In this document: positions 39,501 through 51,647 of the stretch, in pieces
Numbering within the stretch: the stretch's first letter is position 1
How the letters are laid out: every line of letters begins with the position of its first letter
Assembly: GCA_026914245.1 (NCBI GenBank)
Contig: CP110440.1
Coordinates: forward strand, 744,001-808,000
DNA: 64,000 nt
Source: Puccinia triticina
Lineage: Eukaryota
Direction: 5' to 3'
Translations under genes and position numbers: made by a program
The notes under the pieces: model-generated
Databases searched by the model: none
Told to the model about the DNA's origin: nothing
What the model saw: the letters and a program-made list of their open reading frames with translations, nothing else

Positions 39501-41872
39501 ACGTGAAGGAGATTGGACAGGAGTATGTGTGCTTTTCAAAAGTGAACATGAATGACATTTGGTTTTTGGGAGGGATAACTTCTTCATGGGAATACCGGAA
39601 ACACACTGGCGGTTGATAGTTTGATTGAAGAACCAAACGGCGATGTGACCGAGTCGAGCATGCCACAGACTGGAAGCGGAGATAGAGGAAAGATGGGGGG
39701 ATAGATAACAAGACTTTAGGGAAGCAGACAATGAAGGAGACGGAATGAACCACCGGTACTGGTTGATATATGTCAAAAATTGCCGATTGTGCTGAGTGAG
39801 TATAAAACGACCGTCGAAAAAATCCACTTTTCCGTCCCACTTGTCAAAAAAGCCGATGGAAATAACGGTCCCGGAGATCTTCGGAACAAGAAGTACATTT
39901 TTCAAATGCAGATCTCCAAAACGTGTCGGAATCACGGCATCCCCAATGCCATCTACGGGAATGCGTTCTTGAGAAGCGACACACAGCCGTAAATTAGCCG
40001 GACGCAGAGTGACAAAAAATGACGGGTGTGATGTTACATGGTGGGTAGCGCCAGTGTCACACAGAGGGTCCTCCGGGTTTTCAGGTGGTGCCGAAATAGA
40101 CGCGAGCTCGCCTGACTGGGTGATAAGACGTCCGGAGATGACGTTAGATTTCTTTGGCCTCCAGGACGGATTCTTCCTGCGAGGATCCTCCAGCGGCGGT
40201 AGGTTGCTCTTCACACGTGGGCAGTCCGGCGCCCAGTGTCCCCACTCCCAGCAAACATTGCAGGGAAAATCGGCTGTAAGGTGTTGTTTGGCCCATTTGT
40301 CCGGAGGAGGGACCGAAGAAGTCGACGTTGACTGGCTTCCTTGACCCAAATGTCTGGGCATACCGCGCGATCCTCAAAAACCACCTCGCCCGCGAGTACC
40401 TCGGAATGAGCCGGAATGTCCGCCACGGTACCCCTGAGACGACAGTGCCATCGCCGAGGCCATCCCCGAAGCCGATGCCGACTGATGAAGCCGAGTCGCC
40501 ATTTGTAGAATCTCTTCCGGCTTGATCTCGAAATCCGGTTTGATTGCAATTCGGGCATCCATGGAATCAGCAATGGTTTGCTGATAGCGGTGGGTGGTGG
40601 AGTGGAAAGACAAAGATAATAACTTATCTTTAGTCAATCCCCCCAGCCTCTCATCCAGATCGTACCAGCTCCGCTTTGAAGCCTCATAGCTGGACAATAG
40701 CGAGTCTGATGCATCTGGGGCCTGTGCAATGTCAGACCAACGCCTTAGGAGGAGAGACCAGGAGGTGCCAGCGAATCGCCCTTTCAAAGACTTGTAGGCC
40801 CCATACGCCGTCAACCCGTTGAGGGAAGAGCGCAGCGCCGGATCAATTGAATGTTGAAGAAGCGTCAGAATACCGTCTGAAGTTGCCGGGTCTGTCGCTG
40901 AAGTGTCTGTCTCAAAAAAATTTGCATTCTGAGTGACGCCTTTGACAGTGTTGATGATTGCAGCCGACCACAGAGGAAAGTTGGTCCCATCCAGTGATAG
41001 CTGAGGTTCGACCGACTTGCCGAGTTGATGCCAACGAAGTTGACTCGCGACCTGAGTAGATGAAGCCGTCGCGGTGGTCTGGTTGGCGGTGGTGAGATTC
41101 CGGATCAGGAGCACCTTGAGCAGGTTATCATCGATGCCGCCTAGTCCAGACTTCTCAAGTTCACGAGCAAGTATCGTATCAAGAGATTCAGGTGCTTTCT
41201 GCTTGTTGTCGGACTGTTCTCCTGTCTGGGGATGATCGGATTGAATGGGGTTGACTGAGGAAGAAGGAAAAGGAATATTGGAGTTCTCTTGAGACATTGT
41301 ATTGGAAGATAGTGAGGAGTCGGCGGATATGAAGGGATTAGAGTCAAATGACTCTTCGGGGATGGAAGGTAGAGGGCGTCGGGGGGGTGTTACTCAAGCA
41401 GTGAAGTCTGGAGTAACAAGGTCTGGACGATTGGAACGTGTGTTAACCATAAACTTGAAAATCCGGCAAACACGGAATGGTGATTTGGCGGAGTCAAAAA
41501 CTAAAGTTTTTATAAGGATATGTGTAGGGATTTAAGTTTCACGGAAGGATGAAACCTAGATGACTTGAATATCCTCCTGAAAGGATGAAGATATGATCGG
41601 ATCGAAAGGAAAAACCCCGCTGGTCACAGCGCGGGCTCATAACCTGTAGAGCTGTGGATCCTAGAGTCTGAGTGGATGATAGAAAAACTCCCCCAAGGGA
41701 CATAATATTTTGAATGAGTGAAGGTATATATAGTGAAATGTAAATACATACTTGGGTTGATGAGCAAAGGTAAAACCATGAGAAACTATAAATATAGAAA
41801 ATATGCTAATGTAGGAATGTGACAGCATGAGAAAGTATACAAATAGAAATAAAACCATATTTTGACATAACA
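36541..41872 (-). mobile_element. Full-length Ty1/Copia LTR retrotransposon
   Basis: 228-bp LTRs at 36541-36768 and 41645-41872 (two differences seen). TSD ggcgg. PBS ggttatgagccc next to the 5' LTR and a polypurine tract next to the 3' LTR. Confidence 0.97.
37032..41297 (-). pseudogene. Copia gag-pol polyprotein with one in-frame stop at 40374-40376
   Basis: Zn knuckle CNVCWEWGHWAPDC, protease DTGATHH, WHARLGH, integrase RSDNAGE...QNGNVER, RT WVHVDD, RNase H DANW...QLADIFTK. The two track ORFs are in the same frame across a TGA. Confidence 0.95.
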
Positions 41873-42390
41873 GGCGGTGACAGTACAGCCTGGGTCAACC
41901 GTCTAATGACGGAGCCCTACTGTTCTTGTGACGCCCCTGGTGACGCGGGCAGGACGCCCAAGTCCTTTCCGGGTCACAGGTGCGTGGGGAAGCCGGGCTA
42001 GTGACTGGGCTCGTCCCAGTCGGTGGAATAGGTGCGACATGGGGGCTTGTAGTCATAGGTGCGTCCTATTGCGTCGTACAACGCCACGGCTACTGTCGCG
42101 TCCTCCTTACGGTTCCAATTCACGCGGGGTAGTCCCGCTGTGTAGGATGCCTTGCGCAACTGTACGTTCCTGCTAGCGGGCACTTCGGAAATCTCTCGAA
42201 GCAACCTTGGATAAACTTTTGCGTCCGTGGTTAGACTCCTTGGAGCCGAGCAATTTTTGAAGTTTTTCATTTCCTTTCCTCAACCATGGAACACAAAATG
42301 CATGACTGAGAAGCCAATACATATTGCAATTTCACAGCAAATCCATCAGGTGGTCCATCTATTCAAGCGCCACCCACCACAGCCCTGAAC

Positions 42391-45076
42391 ATGGAGTTCG
42401 AAGCGGAAGGAGCACAGCCAATGGACGTTGTTGGGGAGGTGCGAGTTGTGGGCGAACAGCCGATTGGACTCGGAATCCATGCAGCAAACGGTGCTCACCC
42501 ACTCACCGAAGCAGAGATCCCGATGAACACCGCTACGGACTGGCCTTCTGCCCAGAGGAGCCTTCAAGCAATCAAGATAGAATGCAACAATACTCCAGAT
42601 GGAACTTCTCGATGGCGGGAGTGGATTCAACAGGAGGTTATTAACTCTTCAAACACTTCTGCTTTGAAACGGCAGCACAGACTCATGGGTTCATATTGAT
42701 AATGGCTATCAGGCGATTGAAATTACGAAGAACCAAATTCCTCCGAGGGGTGATTATCCTCAGGGGTCCTTTCAAAGCAGCCTCACCGTCGAACCCTCGT
42801 TTCTTGATGAAGATGCAGCCCGGACTCGCGAGCAGTCAATAAGCCAGGACCACATGCCTTTTCTTTTCAACATACTCCTTGCCACGCTTCAAGCCACTGA
42901 TTTAGTGTCAGAGCATCCGGCCGATGAGACTCTCGAGCCAGAGGAAGAAGACTACGGCCACACTTTGAACCCCGATGAAGAGAAAGGCTTGCACTTCGAA
43001 GAGTTTTTCCTCGAAGGCATCTCTGCAGTTAACATCCGGAAGCGCAAGGTACTATCCAAGCAATCCATACATCATTCGCTTCAATTGCAGCGTCAGGAAG
43101 AAACCGCTGATCACTTTTTTCGCATCTCCAGATAGCCTCAACAATTTGTTCCATGATTGCTTTTGGCAGGAATCCATCAAGCAATGGTTTGCAGCTGTTC
43201 AACAGCATTCGTTTCATGGCCGGTGGCGTGTCTGAGCGGATCAATGCATACTTGCACCTCATTGGTTTGACCTCATCCCGACAAACAGCAATTAGGGCCC
43301 TTGAGCGCATGTCTGTTCAGGCTTCACGCAATTTCAGGAACTCAATGGCAGTCACAGAAGGCTGGCCGCTTCGACCAAGTATCTGCATTGGCAATCTCGA
43401 CAATGGCTCGTGGGGTTACATCGTTCAGCCCAACCGTTCACTGCTCCAATCGCTCGATCAGTCCCAATTGTCGCTTGCCTCATATTATCAAGCCCTTCGC
43501 CAAGTCCCCAAGTTAAAAATTCAACCTTATATGTTCCTACCCCAAAGAGCGGAGGAAGAACACTTCGTAGAGGTGATAAAAAGTCAAATAGCTCAAGTAA
43601 TGGCTAAGTACATTGCTGAACCATCCGATCAGCAATCTTCGATCTCTGTCAATCCCCCTCCAATCGATCCCATCGACTGCACCCGACCTCAAATCCAGAT
43701 GCTCAACCTCATAGATGCGTCCGATAATTCGCCAGAGGGAATTGCGGAGCTCCTCGAATTCGTCATCAGACAAACCGGCATCTCTTCGGAGGAATTCAGC
43801 TCGCAACTTCAACTCATGGATGGCGACCTAGGCACATACCAGAACTTCAACACTCTTCGAGCCCTGCGGACGCCAAGCCGTTATCCGCAGGAGAGTCTCC
43901 ACTACGTCTGCATGCAGCTTGGATGCTCTACCACTTTACATGACATATCACAAAGTATATTCCAGATTCATTTTGGCAATCCGAGAAGGTCAAACGACTT
44001 AGGAGCCTGGCATCATTTGCACGCTCTTGGGCTCCCCTGCGACGAGACAGCCCCCAAAAATGATTTTACCTCAATGATGGATAACATTGAAAAGGTGCAC
44101 GAGGCTGGTATTTTTTACTGCCTGCGGTATGTGTAATCATCTATAAATCACTAGACAATTACTCATTGCTGATGCGGCCTTCCTCTCCCATCAGGGTTGT
44201 TATGAAGACAGACCGGGACCCCGTAACTGAAAAGATACCAAAAATGAGTACGGACCGATGGAACGAAATCGTCGAGGAATGCCACACCCGATTCCTCTCT
44301 CATACAGCCAGGCATTCTGTTTCGAAATCCGAGTCCCCTAAGTTGCATGCATTGCTGGATCGTTCAGTTGACTTTGCGACTATAGTTGAGGCCAACCGTG
44401 CCATGAAGGCAGGTGACGTCGGTCGGCTTATGAACATGTGGAAGAGGTGGTCGATCATGTCTTAAGCCCTGCCCGGAATGGCAAACTACCGATCATATCT
44501 TCCTCGCATGGTTTTACTTTTTGACCGGATCCTACCTCCCCCCTTGCGTAAATACATTCTTCACAGTATGCTGTTCTCTCCGACTGGCCGGCCTAACGAT
44601 TTTGTAGCCAAAGATCAGTATCTTGAGTTGCAAAAAAAACGGCTTAAGTTCTTTTGCGATCGCAGTGGAATTGGGATTGAAGACCACGAGTTGCGAGAGA
44701 TATTCTCCTTGAACATGCCGCTGGTGAGAAAGTAGTCTACACAAAGTCACAACAGAGAAGCTGACTATAAATTTCTCTCCAGCTGCAGTCAGTGTTTGAT
44801 AGTCTGAATACAGAAGGCGGAGCACGGGTGATAAACCAGTCGGACAAGAACAGAATTCAAGCTGGGTCGTTGGAAAAATTCCTTCAGATGGCAGACAACT
44901 TCGATATCCTTGAACAGTATCATCAAAAAAATGTGAATTTCAGCCTGCCCAACGGTGAAAATAACATTCTAGTAGCCGGAATAAGGAAGCTCCAGTCAGA
45001 AATTAGGAATGGCGGCGATCTATCCCGAATGAAGAAGCATCTCAAGTGGGACCGATTGCCCGGGGAAAATTACTGA
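42391..45076 (+). pseudogene. Academ-like (DUF6589-type) transposase-derived gene, degenerate
   Basis: Motifs NGLQLFNSIRF, LGLTSSRQTA-like, GNLD..GSWGY, DASDNSPEG, MDGDLGT, AGDVGRLMNMWKRW and FVAKDQYLE. GT-AG introns. In-frame TAA at 44463. Family recognised from motifs only. Confidence 0.65.
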
Positions 45077-45456
45077 TAGCTTGGTTTCCGGACGTGCCAC
45101 GACGCTCGCTAACCAACTGGAAGATAACACCTCCGAAACCCCAGCGTGTCCATTAGAAACGTAACAATTACACCATACTGGCAATCGAATCGCCCTTCTA
45201 TACCCTATCTCATCAATACTAGCATGTCAATCCCCACCCACATCCGCTAATGATCACTTGCAAACATGAAAGATCCAAAGTAGTTTGACTTTTTATACCC
45301 ACCATATACATATATGTAACGAATGAATGCTAACAATAAGCACATATATCAAGAAAGATCTGACACGAAGCCAAAAATTACTCCACAACCTTTAGCTAGA
45401 AAGGAGTCCAAAAGCAGACTTATACGATATTAGTCTTATTTGTATTAGTAGTTGTT

Positions 45457-47879
45457 TTATTCATCAGCCCATGAATTACCGAAGGCCGCCTTTTCGACCT
45501 CAACAAATGATCCAGTTGAATTTCCTTTGAAGCCATTGGTAGTACATTTTGAAGTGGTATATCCACGGTCACACACGTATTGCTGAAAAGAAACATACCA
45601 TCAGCGGGATTGAAACCTAGGGAGCCTTGCGCATCTTTTCTCGTTCAAATATGACTGAATCAAGACAAATCAAATACCTGAAGCAGAGGCTCTGCCGGGA
45701 CCCGCTATAATCCAAGGTAAAAATATCGAGTCAATCATTGAGGTTGATCTGTTGAGATCGTCGAAAAAGCTTACCAGAGTTCTCAATTGGCTCGCAATCA
45801 TCTGTCCTCTCTCCTCACCAATAGCAACGCGGAAAGCGAATTTCAAGTCGTTTCCGAGATTGCCTATTTGGAATCCCAGACTTTGGACTGAATTGTTCAT
45901 TGTCAATTTTCAGCCACAGATTCCGTTTTTGAGCTTCTTTTTTGTCAAATTAATGGACCTCATGGATTGTGATTAATTGATTTGAATTACTCACCCGTCT
46001 TTGTGCAATAGGAGCCTGAAAAGAAGTAACAGAAATAGGGGGATCAATCTCAGAATCAAAAATCAGTAGCAATTCTTGGGTAGTTTGGCTTACGATCTAC
46101 CGTTGACGCTTGGGCAGGGTGGCCTTTAAGCAAGGCATCAAGTGCAATACCGTAGACTCCAACGTCTCCCAAAATAAAACTGCATCACACGGGCGTGAGC
46201 ACTAGGTTGATCATGAACTGACAGCTAGCATTTACTTACAAGTGGCCAGGGTTGTTGAGAATGCCACAAATTTCCTGGATCGAGATACGCGATGCTCCGA
46301 TCAATTGTGAGGATGCCTGTTGGAGGAATAGTCAGTCCATCCAAATTTAGATGTGAAGCATCCGAGATTGCAACTGACATTAGGACCAACTTGTGGGGTG
46401 ACTATTTCGTCAGTAGTGGTATAGATGATAGTAGTAGGAATGTGCGCGTATGCTGGGCTTTGCTTATCCTTGAGACTGTTTGCAGCTTTCATGTAATTCG
46501 AGCCCTAAAATGATTCAGCATCAAAAAACGAGGATATGGAATTTGTTAAGTTAGGCGAACACCCAAGATGATGTAAATGAGGGAGATTTGCCATGGTCTG
46601 TTGTATAATTGAAGGCTGGCATCCACCACTAAGATTGGAAAGCGGGCAAAGGAGTATGGTCGAGGCAGTGCCTTTCATAGGTGGAGCCAGGGCCACATGT
46701 CCTGTGACAAGCTTTCGTGTAGATGGCCAAAATGCTGATTGTTTGACTTGTATAAGCTCCAACATTCAAAACTCTTCGAGTTGAAAGCAGAGTCGAAACA
46801 CCCACTCGATGCCCATTGAACCTAAAGAAGACATTTACCCAAGCAGTCAAGATGCCTGATTCACCATGGCGTAGCTGGGTAAGCTCATAATCAACTGATT
46901 GCTTACGTTTGGACCACCTTGACTAAAGCTGACGATGTTGATTTTACCCCCGCTTGCGGTTGACTTGGGTGCGAGGAACTTGATTGCATAGGCAACAAAC
47001 TCGGCAGCCAGTTGCATGTCACCAAGAGAATAGTCTGACAGATTGATCAACCCGCGCTCAGCAAAACTGTTTTGGAAGCCAGCCTAACAACTTGGACGTA
47101 CTTGGAATATTGACCCAGCACAAATCGAAACCTTGTGACGGCAGACCTTGGTAATATGGCGACTGCGTCCGTAAGACAAGAGAGACAGTTCAGATTCGCA
47201 TATCTAGGAAAAGTTACCAAGCTTTGCGCACAGACTTATAAGCCTCACTGGCGTCGCCACCTGTGATGAAGCTGTCAGATTTTCCAACACAAATTCATAC
47301 TTGAAGGATGTCAAAGCAGCGTGATTTTCCATACCTGTGCCGGGGACTAGCAGCACAATTCCTAGATAAACCATCGACGTGCCGTTAAACAAATCAACTT
47401 CACAAATTATATCTAGAATACAGTCACTGACCTCTTGCTCTGTTTTTTAGTCCCAAAGGGCATCCAATGCTTTTCTGATAAGACGCTTCTCCTTGACTCT
47501 GTTCAGAAATTACCTTGGTAGTCAGAAATCTTACGGAAGAGCTCTTCCCGCGGTCACTTACCCATGGTGCATCGCCCGAAGTTCGTCCCGGTAAAGAGCC
47601 GACTGGCTTGGCCCTCGCATTGTAATACTGATCCTTGCCTGATACAATTCCCATTTGGCTCTGTCGTTTCGCTAGGAAAGTTGGACGATCATTCCCAATG
47701 TCCCCTACTCGGATGGCAAAATATACAAATAAAATTCATCGATCAATATGTGCAAGGACATCGCTCATGATCCATGGCTCTGAAAGCTTCAACTCACTTG
47801 AGGAAACTAGTGAGATGAAAACTGAAAGGATTAAAATGGCAAAAAAAATTGCGGCGGAAGGAAGGTTTTGAAGCATCAT
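45457..47879 (-). CDS. Secreted lipase B (CalB-like), multi-exon, paralog 2
   Basis: Signal-like MMLQNLPSAAIFFAILILSVFISLVSS. Motifs IVLLVPGTG, GDMQLAAEFVAYAI, SFSQGGPN, TTTDEIVTPQ and NNPGH. Ends QYVCDRGY...NSWADE*. Exon organisation parallels 10133-12534. Confidence 0.85.
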
Positions 47880-48723
47880 CTTTTGTGAGCAATTGTTATT
47901 TCTAAAAGTTGAAGACCAGATAATTTCTCTATTTCAAAATACTGATTCTCAGGATAAATCGATGAGCATCAATTCGGTGACTCCCCGACCTTTTTATGTT
48001 CAACAAGCTACCTTCAGAGGAGCGAAGAGCATCGCGACTCGCGAGTGCCCCCTACCAGACTGGAATTCAAAGTTTTTTCAAGCTGGTTTGAATGATCATG
48101 AGTGAATGACAAATAGCAACGCTTGGCTAAAGTATAACACTGAGATTTACATGGTGATGATCCTCTGAGCAATCATTTCTGAATTTACCCTTTTTTTGGC
48201 GAATAAGCCGCCGGGATTTTGCTCTTGCAAAACTCAAAAAATAATTTGTTCTGGAGGTTCGCCTTCCATTCATAGGGAGAGTACACATCGTTAGAAATCA
48301 TCCACAGCCGATTAATTTTAGTTTTGCACATGGCTGTGGAGGCCCAGCATGCGTAGTGTTGATAGGAGATTGAGCAGCAAAACAAGGATGACTTCTTAGT
48401 CACGGTAGGCTGTCAATCGTTAACTCGTGATACAAATTGATAATCACAGTGCTCGGCGTTGTATTGTTAAAAATTGAAATGTCGGGCAGAAATGGACGGC
48501 ACTCAGCAATATCTCAATCAAATGGAAAACTGAATGTGTACAGCTTTGGTTTGCTACAAGAACATTCCTTCTCCGGGAGCTCTGTTTGTCTGGAGCAAAA
48601 TATCGATCACATGGGGTACTCAGACGAAAGATGATCTGATGCGTTTGTGGTTGCTCCCATGGATACAGCAACAGGAGAGCATTTTTACTGCAGCCAGGTA
48701 AATACTCCCCGATATAAGTCTAA

Positions 48724-50528
48724 GGGCCTGTACCATGGGCCTCAATTTTGAAAAATTTCAATTTTTTTGCCCTGTACACAAAAATTGAAAACTAGCAGAG
48801 GGTTCAAATGTTGAAATTCTTCACATTTAGGCTCAAGCCTACATTTTGGCCAGGCTCAGTCTTTGTCCCAAGAAATTTTGAGGCAAATAATGTTGAGGGA
48901 CACCAGGGACTGAAACTTTGGGGGCTACCGGTGCTCACGGGCAGAGGGCTTGACAGTGAATATATTGCTTAGATTCAGTACGGAAAGGAAGACTCAGTGA
49001 GAAGCCGGTAGACAGTAGTGATGGGCTGCTTGGTAGAAGCATATCTACATACAAGCATACGAAGACTACTAAACAGGATTCACTACTTTAACATCCCCCC
49101 TTGCTGAAGACCAAGTTTAAGTTCAGCACTACTAAAAATATGATAAAGTGGGAATTGCACTGCCATAAGTAAGAAAATCTACTCATAGTAGGGGAATAAC
49201 CATGTGGTAGGCTAAGTGTTTATAGCGTACTAAGAAAGAAAAATAATTGATAGCTTTGTAAGGATCAGCTACTCGTAAACAACATGAACTTCTTCTTCTT
49301 CGTCATAGGAACCTGAGTCATAACCGCCTAGCTTGACGACGGCGGCGGCGCCAGCTTTGGTTTTACCAGAGTTTTTAGGTTTAGGGCAATCGCTTGATCA
49401 ATGTCCTTGTCTTCCGCAGTTAGAACAGCCTATTCGTTTGGTGTATGCGGCAGAGACTGGGGCGAGGTCGTTGGCCTTGATACCGTTGAGACTGACCTCG
49501 TGGGCTTCCATAGCCCCAACAACGTTGTCGAGAGACATCTCTGTTGCCGTGTAAACAATGGCGTCCCTGACGTTTGACCAAGAGGGGTCGAGTCCTGCAA
49601 CTAGACGGTCGGCAATTTGACGATCGGTTGGAAGCTCCTCGACGGTCAAGAGATTGTCAGCGGCTATTCGTATTTGGCCAATCCACAGAGCAATTGGCTC
49701 ATTTGGGTCGTGACGAGTGTTCCAGAATGCTTCATGTAGACGCATTCGACGAGCCCGGGTATTTTTCTCGTAAGCGTTGACGATAGTCGAGTATAGACGA
49801 TGAGCTGGCTTGACTTTTTGATATCGTTGGCAAAGCGGATCGGACAAAGTCAGCCGGATAGTGTGACAAGCAAGATCCAAGAGCGAATCCCAATCAGAGG
49901 CTATCTCTCTTGGGTTATAGCCTTTGGTGAAGTCGGCCGAACGAACGCCGGAGGAGTCGGTTTTGATGTCTTCTTTAGGGCGAGTAAGCGAGCCCTTGAC
50001 AATGTCAAGGGTGTTTTGCATTCCCAAGACGCCTTCGAGGCGATCGCGCCATCGGGGGAATACCGCTTCAGTGCCGTCCAAGGTAACAATCGATGAAAGC
50101 ATAGCGGCAATGTTATGAACTTGTCGGTAGTTTGACATGCTAGTCGAGTCGATCAAAGATGTAATTGTGTGATTGGAAATTTGATTGAGGGCTAGCGGCG
50201 AGTTTTAATTCTGATTCCGAGAGGATGAAAACAAGGGTTCAATGCGAAAACTGAGCGAGACTAGGAGGGTCTCATAACCTGTTGAGGGACACCAGGGACT
50301 GAAACTTTGGGGGCTACCGGTGCTCACGGGCAGAGGGCTTGACAGTGAAGATATTGCTTAGATTCAGTACGGAAAGGAAGACTCAGTGAGAAGCCGGTAG
50401 ACAGTAGTGATGGGCTGCTTGGTAGAAGCATATCTACATACAAGCATACAAAGACTACTAAACAGGATTCACTACTTTAACAAATAAACTTGGAAAATTT
50501 CAATTTTCATGCCCCATGGTACAGGCCC
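48724..50528. mobile_element. PIF/Harbinger MITE hosting the gag-only LTR element
   Basis: taa|gggcctgtaccatggg...cccatggtacaggccc|taa. Confidence 0.85.
48891..50482 (-). mobile_element. Short gag-only Copia-type LTR element (1.6 kb)
   Basis: 203-bp LTRs at 48891-49093 and 50280-50482 (two differences seen). TSD aataa. PBS ggttatgag and a PPT. Internal gag with Zn knuckle CSNCGRQGH*SSDC and no pol. Confidence 0.92.
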
Positions 50529-51647
50529 TAAGTCTTTGGTATGTCCTGATAGGGTAAATGGCAACAATACATGTCATGTCTTTGGAACAAAAGAAGAGCA
50601 AGGAACCACCTGTTGTAAGCTATTGTGGGCCGCACAACAAATGATAAAACTTATTGCCCATTGTGTTTAGGACTTGACTTCAGTTGTTCCAATTATATGA
50701 GACTACCGTCACTATGGCATGTTATGTATTCAAGTTTGGGGATTGACCAGTTTAGGGCTCCACGAGCTTCAGATTTTCGGCGCGTGAGTGAGAACTTCGA
50801 GATAAATAAACACAAAAAAGTTTATCAATTTCATAGCACTGACGGGGCTATATCAGTCTCATCGAGCCCCCAGTAGGCATTTCAAGCCGCGCTCCTCGGT
50901 CAACAGTTGTCAGCGGTTTCCCGATGATCACCTCCATACCGAATAAACGACGAACAGACTAAAGCAAATGAAGGCGAAGCACGCGGCTTTATTCAAAACT
51001 GACGATTAAGCAAGACTGTTACAGTTCAAGCATACGCATCTTTCTCATGCTCGTCGATTGCGACTTCAAGCGCGTCGGTGGAAGTAGACGGCCAATAGAA
51101 TGGGGACATGCGACCCGCAACTACCGAGCGTGATCATCTCCTTTTTCGCCATGTGCCCAACACCAGGAGCCTCTTATAGCATTAGGAGGTATTCCCACGT
51201 GGCTCCCGATGTAATCCAGCTTGCCTCCACTTCCTGGCGATGGGGTCCATAAATATGTAGACTCTAGAGTGAGTAGAGTCACCTATGAACTTTGATAGGT
51301 GAAGGATTGCAGCAATTAAGAATTCACCCAACGGGATTCCAAGCTGGTAATCTCCAGGGCCCCACGACATGCCCGAAAATCAAGAGGAACACCTGACTTG
51401 ATCTTTTATCATGCCGACGGACCGGGGCCGGAGCTTTGGAAATTTGGTGCCGATGTTGCGCGCCGCACTGTGAAAAGCGCAAGGGCTGATGACGACAATG
51501 ACCGCGTAATCGGCGATCGCAGACAAAACTGATTACGTAATATAGGCCCAGCCATGGCAGACGGACTTTACCAGACTTTACCCGCCAAAACTTGCAAGCC
51601 CATCTACAGCGAACCAGCGAACAGCCCAGCCAGTTGACGCACCAAAG

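Noticed and set aside
40362..40376. Programmed stop-codon readthrough between gag and pol
   Set aside because: The TGA lies upstream of the zinc knuckle, in an RG-rich tract and in TCG context. A CGA>TGA mutation is simpler.
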